The notes beneath the pieces are model-generated. The model was given only the letters and a program-made list of their open reading frames with translations. It did no database searches and had not been told where the DNA came from. Shown piece after piece: positions 13,899 to 25,400 of a DNA stretch of 64,000 nt. Source of the stretch: Bigelowiella natans CCMP2755 (taxonomy: Eukaryota; Protista; Cercozoa); NCBI GenBank assembly GCA_000320545.1, contig ADNK01001417.1, forward strand, positions 2,535 through 66,534. The letters run 5' to 3'. A program made the translations under genes and the position numbers. Each line of letters begins with the position of its first letter. Position 1 is the first letter of the stretch.

Positions 13899-13938
<40 letters not shown>

Positions 13939-14613
13939 GTTAGTACATCTAGCTCTTAATTAATCCCCATTAAGTACATTTCTTACACGTTGAAGATGGA
14001 CCATACAAATGTTTCATCAGGATAACTTACCACAAGAGTACTTCCGAGGAGGCTCAGGAGGTAAAGATGGCCAGGCCCTGCGCTATTTAAGTCTCCTGCC
14101 ATCCCATTTTCACTGTTGTCATCTTCATCGTCATCGTCAATCTGCATTGATGGGCTGGGGTTGGAGTTCCCTTCTAAACATGCAATTTGCTCAGCCCTTC
14201 GAAATATCACAACGTCTGGGCCTTGTGTGACGTAGGTGATGTCCCTGTGGGAAGTGACTGCACGAATTGGAAGCGATAGTCGGGGGCCTGATCGATCAAA
14301 TCAACAACACATTAAACAATCTAATAATGATGATGCCGTTGCGGCGCGTTCTAATTTATTTTACAAACATGTCAAAATAAAGGAACAACCACGTACCAAT
14401 AATCGTGAGGCGCAATTTATCAACCTGAAGGATACAAAATTCATTGATTGGGGGACAAGACTAAAATGACCAGTGTGTCCTCACATTGTACACTTGCCAC
14501 GCTCTTCCCACGACGACAGTGATGAAAGTCTCCTTCCCAAGCTGTTTCAGATGAAACGGAACATCGTCCGCTACATGACCCACAGTCCGATACGGTGCGA
14601 ACAAGGTGGACAT
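8661..14613 (-). CDS. UTP21: U3 snoRNA-associated protein 21 / WDR36, many exons
   Basis: MSTLFAPYRTVGHV..., LEHPATYLNKVVLG, WD40 repeats, AELSQG, LEMIKERNKP..PPEAPFFL, C-terminus ETWRAVERQFHYTLCMVNHLSGIQQ*. Confidence 0.93.
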
Positions 14614-14769
14614 GCGGAGCGATTAGTTGAGGAGGGGCATCCGACAATTGCAAGATCTAGTGAGTGGGTTTTTTTTTAATCAATATTTGGAAATGGAAGG
14701 GCATTGTACGAAAATATTCGATATATAATTTGTCGCACATGATTAAAGAATTAATTTATCTGGACTGAA

Positions 14770-16300
14770 TTTTGTGCGAAATTCTTGTCTCTTCACACAC
14801 CGTCCGGGTGGTGGCTTGGCGACGTGAGGCGATGTCATCAATTCCAAGTTCATCATGTTCAGACCCACATCGTGGATTGATTGTCATGAACAAAGTTGAC
14901 CAAACGCAACAGCTTGCAAGTTAACTCTCACACTTGGCTACAATTGAGGGCAACGGTGCGGACGGTGAACACACAGGCAAAACTTCACGCATGTCGTCGT
15001 CACGCACGAATCTGTCCTTGAAATTCAGGTCTGTGGGTTTCTTCCTTTCTTTCTTTCATCCTGGCATCTGAAACGAACCTCCATTTTTCCTTGCACGTCT
15101 GGCATGCTCTAGTGCTTTCTGATCGCCTCTCTGCGTTTCGCACTTTGCTGGTGTCATGCTGGCATGCAGCTTTGCTGCGATGTCGATCGTGCTGCAGTTT
15201 GGTGGGCGATCAACAAAGTTTCTCACTTCTTTCTTTCTTTGTTTTTTCTTTCTTGGGCCATTTGGAGACCGCAATCACAGCTCCAGAGCTAGACAAGTCC
15301 AGCAGTGCATGAGCACGTGCACACACGTGATGCTGCACCTCCAGACCTGCACACCAGCATGCCAGCATGGCGCAGTCTAGCTGTGCACGCTGCATGCACC
15401 GAACGTGCGCACAAAACCATTCTGGCATTGTCTGACATGACAGTGTCAATGTTCAACACTAGAACAGTGCTAGCAGTAGAGAGGGTGCATGCAGTCTAGC
15501 AGTGCACGGCGTTGATCGAATGATGCCGTGCCCCTTTGCAGAACAGCTAGATCAAGCATCGAAGTTGGTGCCTTCTAGCCTTCCTGTGGCTTCGCTGTTC
15601 GTTTGCTCATCGCTCGCTCACTTGAAACACGCGAGCACGCAAGCACACGACGCGCGATTTGGCGATCATTGCATGATCTAGTGATGGACACACAGTGATG
15701 GGCTAGTGGGGCGTGTGCAACACGCACATCATGTCATCATGTTGCATGTCCATCATCACGTACGTACTTGCAATGGACACAGTGACACCTGACATGCTGT
15801 AATGTGTGTGCACATTGCATGTCTGTCATTTGTGACGCTTGCATGTTGACACGTTTTCACACACCGCACCGCAATGCAATGAACTCTGCAAAGCAAGCAA
15901 GCGGGCTACGCCAGAGTGCCAGAGCACAGCCAAACTGAACCATTCGATTCGCTACTTCGCTACATGTGCAAAACAATTTGTTCGTGTTGTGTTGCGCGAT
16001 TTGATCGAGGCTGAAATGAAACACGCTAAAACAGTGCACGTCAGAAGAGCATTGCTGTCATCTAGTCATGTGGCATGCCAGCATGCGCCGCTGACGTGCA
16101 CCCAAGGCTACAAGGATGAGCACGACAGAGGCAGCGGGGAAATTGTGAACAATCAATGTCGGCTGCGTGGTGCGCAGGTGGGCTAATAGACCTAAAGATC
16201 TAGAGATTGCAAGCTGCAAGCTTGCTTGCTGTCCACATTGCGCTGCGAAGTATCGCAATTAGCAATGCTCACGTTCGGCCCTTGCAGGGTTGCTTGTATG
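14770..16300. other. Extended island C, TpA-depleted; possible decayed plus-strand partner of UTP21
   Basis: 13 TA dinucleotides counted in 14761-15720, 10 of them in CTAG; rich in TGCA/CATG/CACA; no recognisable ORF. Confidence 0.7.
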
Positions 16301-16715
16301 CTCTTCTTCCCCGCCCTCCCTCCCCCTTCTCTCATCTACAATGTGTGTGAGAAAAATTAAAAATGATGTGTGCACTACATCACAAAACTAGATTAGATTA
16401 GTTCGTCCATATTCCCATTCCCTTTCCATGTGTGGGTTCCATATGTGGATGAGTTTTACACGATTTAAAATTTTATCCCACATCCCCACGCATGAAATAG
16501 TGGTACTCAATATAATTAAATACGATGTAACTGAACTTCATCATACATCACTGAAACCAGACACACTGATAATGCAAAAAGCTTAGAAAAAGCTATTCCC
16601 CAGAATACAGTCATTTCACTCTCAACAGACAATATAGCAATAATCCTGCATTTTTTTCAATAAGTTTGGAATCTTAGTTTTTACATTGAGCTGCAAGTGC
16701 TACAATTAAAACTGC

Positions 16716-17264
16716 TTAAATTCTGCTAGGATAAAGCATAATGCGTACGCTTCCACCAAGAGCACGGGCTGGAAGATTTTTCTGGAATGCAGATCGCACA
16801 AGGCCTGAGTAAATTAAATAATTATCAATGAGTACTGGTATAAAGCTGAGAGTCAAATTGAAGGTGGCTTACCGTTGTTTCCATGAGCGCGCTGAATCTT
16901 TCCCCAGATCACACGAAAGCGACTAGTTTGTTTGCCAGATTCTTTCTTAACACGAGAGTGCTTTCCACGTGCTCTTTTAGCTTTGTAAATGTATGCAACA
17001 CGCTTGCCAAGGTAGAAGTCAAGGTCCTCCTTGTTGTTCACCCCATCAATTTGGAGAATAGCACAGTGATTGCGCTGATTTGCGTTGCTTCGACGGAATG
17101 TGACAAAAGCACCCTTAACATACAGCCTAAGTTGTAAAAGTTCCTCAAAATCAGTACATATTATCATCCCGTGTGATTTTCTAGACACTGGTATGCCTGT
17201 AGCAATACCTTGGTGGCCTTTCACCCTTGGAGGAGGAGGCACCCTTAACGTCGTCCGCAGACAT
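16716..17264 (-). CDS. RPL35A: 60S ribosomal protein L35a (eL33), 3 exons
   Basis: MSADDVK...RPPR|[13 protein letters not shown]...[14 protein letters not shown]...[15 protein letters not shown]...[10 protein letters not shown]. Confidence 0.96.
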
Positions 17265-17492
17265 TTTCGGAGAATAAGTCGTGTGCGAAGAATTAAATCG
17301 CTAAAACGCCGACCTTGATCCTCTCTAGAGATCTCGCGATATTTTCCCACTGGCTTTGTCTGTCGCACGTGTGAGATACGCTGTGTTACGTGAAAATTGG
17401 AGGGGATGCTCTCTGACTAATCTCCGATAATCTCTGGATATCTCCAATGAGTTCTCCGACATAACCCAACCCTACGAGAATACTTCGATCGA
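17265..17492. promoter_or_regulatory. Putative bidirectional promoter RPL35A / RRP8
   Basis: 228 bp between divergent ATGs; TGTCGCA at 17361; phased TCTC(C/T) array 17410-17457. Confidence 0.65.
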
Positions 17493-18763
17493 ATGGGACG
17501 CAGGTCGTTAGCTCAAGCTCTTCGTTCGAGGCGTGAGGCCACAGGATCGATCGCCCAACCAGTGATTAGAAAGGGAAAAACGAAAGTATGAACATTATCT
17601 CTTTTTGCACTGAGCCAACTGCTGCTCGCTAAGAATGATAACAACCTAGGTGGGATCGAAGAAGGCTGGTAAATGTTCATCAGCCAGTCCCAAACAGGAA
17701 CAGGGCTTAAAAAAGAAGATGAAAAAGAATGGGCGGAAGCGGAAACGGCAGTTTAAAAGATCAAATAAAAAAATGTCCGAACCTCCGGGGAAACATCGGA
17801 AGCCTTCCTCTTCTTCAACAGATGTCAAAGAGTCATCAGGACTCTTGGCTAACATGAGGAAGCGTCTCAAGGGAGCACAGTTTCGTTGGCTCAATGAGAA
17901 GTTATACACCTGTGCTGGGGGAGAAGCATTCGAGTATTTTCAAGAGAATCCCAAGATGTTTGAAAAGTATCATGAGGGATTCTCTCGCCAAGCGGACTCG
18001 TGGTCAAGGAACCCCCTTGATGAAATGATCGCAATCTTGAAACGCAAGCGCCAATGGGTTGTAGGAGATTTCGGGTGTGGTGAGGCCCGCCTAGCTCAAT
18101 CAGTACCTAATAAAGTGTATTCCTTCGATTTGGTTGCGATAAACGAACATGTAGTTGCATGTAACATGGCCAATGTCCCTTTGGAGGATGGAAAGCTTGA
18201 CGCCGCAGTTTTCTGCCTCTCGTTGATGGGAACGAATCTGTCTGATTTCATCCGAGAAGCCCGTCGTTGTCTGAGATCGAATGGAACCCTATTGGTATTA
18301 TTCCCACGATATTGATCCCCGCTTATTGTTAAGGATGACTTAACGAATAGGTAGCAGAGGTGATAAGCCGCATGTCGGAACATGGGCAGCTGAATGATAA
18401 GGCATTTATCAATGCCATAGAGAGTGAGGGCTTCAAGCTCACAAGTCGACGAATCCTCAGTAAAATGTGAGTTCCTTCAGCTTTCAATGAGCAATTTCTC
18501 ACAAGATGTATGTAGGTTCATCTTGATGAACTTTCGAAAGAAAGAACATGTCAAGAGAAAAGATTCCAAAGTTAGCGGGAGACGGCTCGAAGATAACATA
18601 TCTAGAAATCCAAAGGGGAAAAAGAAAAAAAGAAAGGGGAAAACAGATACAAGTTCACAAGGACCCATTCAGATGGTCCTTGCGCCATGCCGGTAAACAA
18701 TCATGTACACATCAGAAAAAAATGATGCTCAATTTTTGTGTTTCCAGGTATAAGAAAAGATAA
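17493..18763 (+). CDS. RRP8: rRNA-processing protein 8 (nucleomethylin, 25S rRNA m1A methyltransferase)
   Basis: RLKGAQFRWLNEKLYT, YHEGF, VGDFGCGEARLA, AVFCLSLMGTN, C-terminal PC.YKKR*. Confidence 0.95.
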
Positions 18764-18879
18764 GGAAATCTCTGTCCATGCCATCTCCCTTATATCGTGC
18801 AGCAGACTATTGGTGAATGAACTTGTAGGTATTGGTACTATGAAGGCAATTGTCTCCATTTACTTCTGAAGATTTCACC

Positions 18880-19600
18880 ACGTGCTTTCGCATGGAAAAG
18901 AAGCATGTTGGCATTGCATATCGTACATATCTAGATATCACCACGCATGCAGTAATAAGTAAGGCTACAGTAGATATAGAGCAAAATATTGCGTGCAATG
19001 CTGGTGACTAAAATATATGGCTACATGCTAGAATGTTACCTAGCTATGCATGCAGTATAGTCGCGTGTGCAACGCCAATCAAGCTCTAGAAATGCAGTTG
19101 TCAGAGAGACATGCTATATAGCATGTCTAAATGTATACAGGACATCAACCTGCCGATCTCTAGATATTTTCGCGCGCGAGCAGAGCGTATAGCAGCAAGC
19201 ATGCTAGCATGGTAACATTGCGTATTATTTTACATCTAGATGTGTATCGTATGTATAACAACAGCGACGCAGCTAGACTGATGAACAGCGCCAGCGAGCA
19301 TTGTATCAGCAAGCAAAGATGCTTCTATGCATGGCTAGCTCTAGATATTGCACAGCCAACGCTAGCAAGCATTATCACCACGAACACGCGGATATGCATG
19401 GCTGTATGGCGCGTAGTTAGTGAGCAGTATCTAGTAGGTCCATCAGAGCGTATGTCATGCACTCTCATATCTCATAGTAATTAACTCATATACCAGTTCG
19501 AATCACCGTTCGTTGCATCACATCACTAGATCAGTATGTTATCGTCTTGTATGTCCGCCATGCTATGGGATGTACTATTTCGGTCGTATGCTACTAGGTG
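18880..19600. other. Convergent-junction island D
   Basis: Between RRP8 (+) and the SCAB/MHD gene (-); gcatgctagcat, ctagct, tctaga repeated. Confidence 0.75.
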
Positions 19601-19650
19601 GCTGACAACAAGATGCCTTCGGTTTAAAGTAGTATCTAATTGATTTATCG

Positions 19651-20149
19651 TCAAAGTACGTCCCTCCTCAAGGTAGAATCTGGACATTTACTTTAAAATC
19701 GTAAGAAACCTGTATTCGACTCCCTCGAGCGTCGACAAGGGATGCTCCTGAGAGAGAGGTGGATGCAGCCGGACACTGCAAACTCACGGTGATAGGCGTT
19801 GCGCTCACTCCATTTTCAACTTTTATCTGCAATGGATTATGTTAGGATCCGGAGCTTATAAAAAACCATAACGAAAGAGCGAGACCGCTAAAATTTCTCG
19901 TTACAGTGATGGAAAAATACGAAAAAGTTTCTAAAATAATCATATCACTAAATCACCATCATTTTCATCATCATTATCATCATAATTTGAACATGACTTG
20001 ACCATGGCAACTTGCTTTCCTTGGAGGGATCCTTTCAGCTTCTCTTTCCATGTTAACTTTTTACGATGACAATGAGGACGAAGATACGAACGGCAGGTAA
20101 GTGTTATCGCTTGGCATTATATCATACGCATCATTATGTAGTAGTAGTG

Positions 20150-20181
<32 letters not shown>

Positions 20182-20487
20182 CGTAGTAGTAGTAGGAGTA
20201 TTAGTACCGTTTGCAGACTGGGATCATACGTTGCTTGCTGAGCGTTCCACTTGAAACTTTTGGAAGCCTATGTGCATACAGCATGACGACTCAAAATAAG
20301 ATACGACCATAGCTTCCTCAAGTATAGCATCAGCACCAGTAAGCAGCAGCACGATTATCATCATCATCATCATCACCATCATGATTTCCTATCAACCATG
20401 ATCACCTTATCGTACAAGCTTGACTTGCCCAAACACTGTTCAACAGCGTTTCCTGAATGGGGAGGGAGATCATCCGTAAAGGCGACC

Positions 20488-20528
<41 letters not shown>

Positions 20529-20734
20529 GGAGGTAATCGTAAACGATGGTATTCTGACTACATCAGAGTAGACAAAACTAAAATATTCGCTATATGTGAA
20601 CAATTTGTTCGCATTACGTAATTTGAGGCTGAAAACAGTGTCAGAAGGCTTTGTCACGGAATCGGGATTCGTGTACCACATCACCGCAGCTTGTGTTTGG
20701 TTTCCCTATTATGGATGAATGTGTATGCAGCAAC

Positions 20735-20769
<35 letters not shown>

Positions 20770-20994
20770 CAACAAAAAACACATAATTTAAAGAACAATA
20801 TTCATAATTGATCAATCTACTTCCCATAAATATGTAATATGTTTCATCATTCGTTAAAGCATCTTTGTGATACCGTTATGGTGCTACAGCGACACGACGA
20901 CGACAACAACTACTAATACTATTACTACTACCACTACCCTCTTCAGTTTCCCACGCACAGCACCCCAACAACAACAACAACTGGTTGTCCAACC

Positions 20995-21025
<31 letters not shown>

Positions 21026-22370
21026 CCATCATCATCATTTTGATCGGTTTCAACAAAAATACTGCAAGTTCCTACTTGTGTTTTCCACAAGCCTTTCGCT
21101 AGAAAAGGAATACGACGTGAATCCATCTCGCCAGTACTATATGAAAGAGCAAAGACCTACAACATAACAAACCAACAACGGCAAATTGAGAAACAGTAAC
21201 AAAACGATCGAAAGCGTCTAACACTATGATTCAAAAAAATGCCTAGTCTTCCCTCCTCGCCTCCCACCCCCCCTCCTCACCGATGCTTGGCCGATAGGTA
21301 ACGTGCAATCAACGCACCCTGAGACAACGGATTGTAGGAAGCTCTTCAATCAATGACAAAGAAGTAGTAGATACAAGTTGTAGTAGCATAAAGCACGCAG
21401 TGTTGCAGCGTAGAAGAAGAAGAAGAAGAAGAAGAAGAAGAAGAAGAAGAAGAAGAAATTGTCTGAGAACATCAACGCCCACCCTAACAATCGTTGCCTC
21501 TACTCTCTAAATACCATCATGTTCCACCATCTTTCTTCTCCTAGATATCTCTTCTGCTTCTGTTGTTGTTGTTTTCAACACTATGTGTGGTTACCTTTTC
21601 CCCGCTCTAGGAATGGAGTCTTGAAGGAGCTTGTTTTCAACACATTGCCGTCCTATTTCAGGGTAGCAGTGATCATCATCCGTCATTACCATCCACCAAT
21701 AATAATAAAAATAATTATAATAATGATGATAATAAGAATGATGAAGAGAATAATAATGATAATCATTATCATTATCATCATCATCATAAGCATCGTCGTC
21801 TATCAAACTAAGATGCTGCTAATATTAGGACTGCTGCTGCTGCGCTCCTAAATCCCACCTTGCCCAATAACTTCACAGAAACATTTTGAGCGACCCCCGT
21901 ATCACTCTTAGAGCGCAGTATCGTCACCTTTAATTATTTTTTTAAAAACAATCAGACAACTGAGGAAGGAACCATTTATAGGAGTAATAATAATAATAAT
22001 AGTACACATGTTTCTGTGCTGCGTCATCATCATCGTCACCATCATCGATCTGAGTCTTTCGTACCTCTCCTGACAGCTCGCCGATCTTGACTACTTTCAT
22101 ATCCTTGACCCTATTATTATTATTATTATTATTATTATTGTATCCAGCGACAAATCATCATCATCACTATTATTAATATTATTATCATGGAAACGAATAG
22201 CTGCAAACTCAGTGAATCCATCGTGAAGAGAGCAGGAGAAGAGGAGACAAGACGCAGCAATGCACCACAATAAGCATGAAACATAAGTCCATTGCTTCGA
22301 GGCCATTGCTGTCTGTCACGATACCGTTAGCATCATTATCATTGGCATATATTAACAATAATAATAATAT

Positions 22371-22405
<35 letters not shown>

Positions 22406-25400
22406 TTTTTGTTATGATTATTATGATTACGTATAATCGATAGCCTCTGAAACAACAATCTTGAACACTCCATTGCTGCTGCTGTTGTTGTAGTTGTTGT
22501 GTGATGCTGGACTCTGTTGAGATTTTATCGATTTACGATGAGGATAGAATGAAGATGACCAAATCACAGCAGCAGTAGCAGCAGCAGCAGCAAAGAGAAT
22601 GTAAGTGAAAGTTAACGGACATGGGGGAGGAAGAGGAGATTATGCGTTGGTGGAAACGATTCGTGCACGTTTCATGCCCTTCCCCCCCTCCTCCTCCTCT
22701 TGTTGTTGTTACTGCTACTGTCACGTTCTCCCCCCCCCCCCCCCCCCTATCTTTCGCTTCTTGTTACTTTATTTGTCGGTGTAGAGGCTGGGGAGACACT
22801 AAAGAAGAGATCTAAAGGATCTACAGGTCCTCCTCCCCCTCCTCTTCCTTGCTTCTCTTTCTTCTCTTCTGCTGCTGTTACTGCTAGTGCCTCCCCATTG
22901 TCGTCGCCAGTGGTGGTCTTCTTTTCTATCTCCCTCTTCTTCTTCTTCGTATCTACCCCCTTCGTCGTTAAAAAGTTGTTCTCGACAGAAGTAGTAGTTG
23001 TTGTTGTAGTTGTTGTAGTAGTAGCTGCAGCAGTAGCAGCGCCAGCAGACCGGGAACTTGCAGGGGTGGAGACGTCATCGGTCGCAGTGCTACCAGGAGT
23101 GGCGGCGGAAGCTGATGATGCTGTACGGCTCCTGCTCCTCCCTTTTTTGCCCTTATTTTTCTTCTTGCCTTTCTTAGTCGTGGAGTCGGAGACCTTATAG
23201 GATTGCAGCAAGCAGTGGCGAGGGAAAGGAAACAAAAAGAATGAATGATCGGTCAACTTTCAGTGTGCGGCGGCGTGTGTTTAAGTATGTATTGCTGTTG
23301 GTCATGGGATCTGAGGCGCAAGAAAGAAGAACGGTCGTTTTTAATAATCACTATCTTCATAAACGCTACGTGCAAGTTATCTCTTTCTCCCACTAAAGAA
23401 TATAGTGTGTATGCTCCAATAACAGCAAGTAAATATCGGTAAAAAACATTATCGATTGGTCAAATGTTGAAAACGATCCAGTCGGTAGAGAATAGTTGCT
23501 TTCTTCTGTGTTACTACTATCTAGTCAGCAAAATCTTCTCTTAGGGGAGGAATGGCAAAGAATGGGAGGAAAACGAGAAAGGAATCCTCCATCAAACACC
23601 ATCACCGTCCACTTTTGTTAGAATAAACTAGATGTTTCGCGTGTGGCGAGCTACCACTACCACCCCCACTGCCATCCATCAACTTTGAACAACATTATGG
23701 GGTAAAATAAAGAGAGTAGTAATATACATCTTTTCCCTCCACGCCGTCACCAGCACCATTCGCAGCCGCAGCAGCAACTTTAGGAACGCTGTCGCGAGAA
23801 GTCAGTATCTCCCCGTCCTCACCATACACGATTGTTGCACCACGCCTTGCTCTTTGCTTGATGTTGTTGGTTTGGGTGATAAAAGCAGCAGCAGCAGCAG
23901 CAGCAGCAGCTCGTGGCGACCTGACGGCGGCAGCACCGTTTTTGTCGTTATTATTATTATCCTTAAGCTTGTGCTCATCGCCCTCCCCCCCCCTGGATTT
24001 GGTAGTAGTCATCGCCACAACAGAGTTAGGGGTGGAGGATCGCGTTGTCGCAAGAGACGAAAAGCCTGTAGTAGTAATAGTAGAGGCCACAGGTGTTGCA
24101 GAGCGTGGAGTACCAGCACGCGAAGATCTTCCAGACTTCGTTGACCTCTTGCCCCCCCCTTTCTTCTTGCGGCGCGGCTTGGTACTGTTGGAACGAGGAG
24201 AATTTTTCGCCTTATTGGGGGGGATGCATTAATTGATGGGGAAGGAGTGGATATCGATGATGGGGGCAGCAGTAGGAGGAATGGAGTTGTTGGGAGGAGA
24301 ATAGACCAGTCACCCCAGAAATCCAGAAATCCAGAAATCCGAAGATGATGATGATGATGATGATGATGATAATGACGATGATGATGAAGATGATGGCAGA
24401 AACCCAATCAACCATCCAAAAATTATGAATCGTAGAAATGGTGTAGTCCCCCCGGGTAAAAAGTCCCAACGCAGTAGATTAAACGTAAAATGTTGAAGAA
24501 CCAAGTGATGCAACATATGTTGTAAAATTGAGCCAAGAGGTGATGATAATAATAAGTTTCCAAATGCATGTTGTTCCGTATGTTCAGACCAAAGTGTATC
24601 AATACAAAGAAAATTGTGTAATTGCACGATGATAATGATGATGACGATGATGATAGTCGTCATTATTATGATGGTGTGCATCGTATTGATTTTGGCATAT
24701 ATTTAACATCGTCGGAGCAGTTGAAAAGCGTGGGATGATTCTCATTTTTCTCACGATCCGAAGTATTTACGATGATACTTACCGATTTTCTTTGACGTCG
24801 TCGCCCCGTTGGAGCTCCAAGCCCGCCTGGGGTTCCCAACCCTCCTAGTGCTGAAGCAGGTGACGAGACCCCATTGGAGGACTGCTGCGCCGCTTGTCGC
24901 TGATGATCGATCACCACCATACCCTCATCATCATCATCATCGTCATGATTATATATCTCATCACCATGATCATCGTTGGTGGACAGGTAGTAGTGCGTTG
25001 ATCAACATCAGTGTGCTAACTTGTGTGTGAAAGGGATTATTTTCACACGTGTGCATCAGTCATATTAATATTTTTCCTTTCTAGAGAAGGGGGTGACGAG
25101 GGAAGGAAGGAGGGAGGGAGGCAAGCTGCATGGTATTTTTAAAATGATACGTAGTGATAACATCCTCCTCCTCCTCCTCTTGCTGCTGCTACTACAACCA
25201 TAACAACTACTACCTTCTTTTCCTTCTCTTCCTTCTCCTTCTGCGCCTCTGCCTCGGTCATAATCTTCACCGTCAGCTTCTTCTGCTCTTCTTCATCAGA
25301 ATCACTCCAAAAATCATCCGCATCTTTATCCTAAGTGCGATGTGACTCTCATGTGAAACGTGACTACTACCTCTTGCTTATGCTTATGCTTATGTTCTGT

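Noticed and set aside
15056-16258. Short ORFs in island C, and similar ORFs in other islands, as genes
   Set aside because: Ala/Cys/His/Met-rich by-products of GCATGC composition and TA (stop codon) depletion; no family motifs
14761-16300. Classical fungal RIP as the explanation for island C
   Set aside because: RIP enriches TpA and depletes CpA/TpG, and this region shows the opposite
22700-24681. Numerous poly-V/I/H/L ORFs here and elsewhere in the ORF track
   Set aside because: Translations of intronic microsatellites or antisense frames of low-complexity exons
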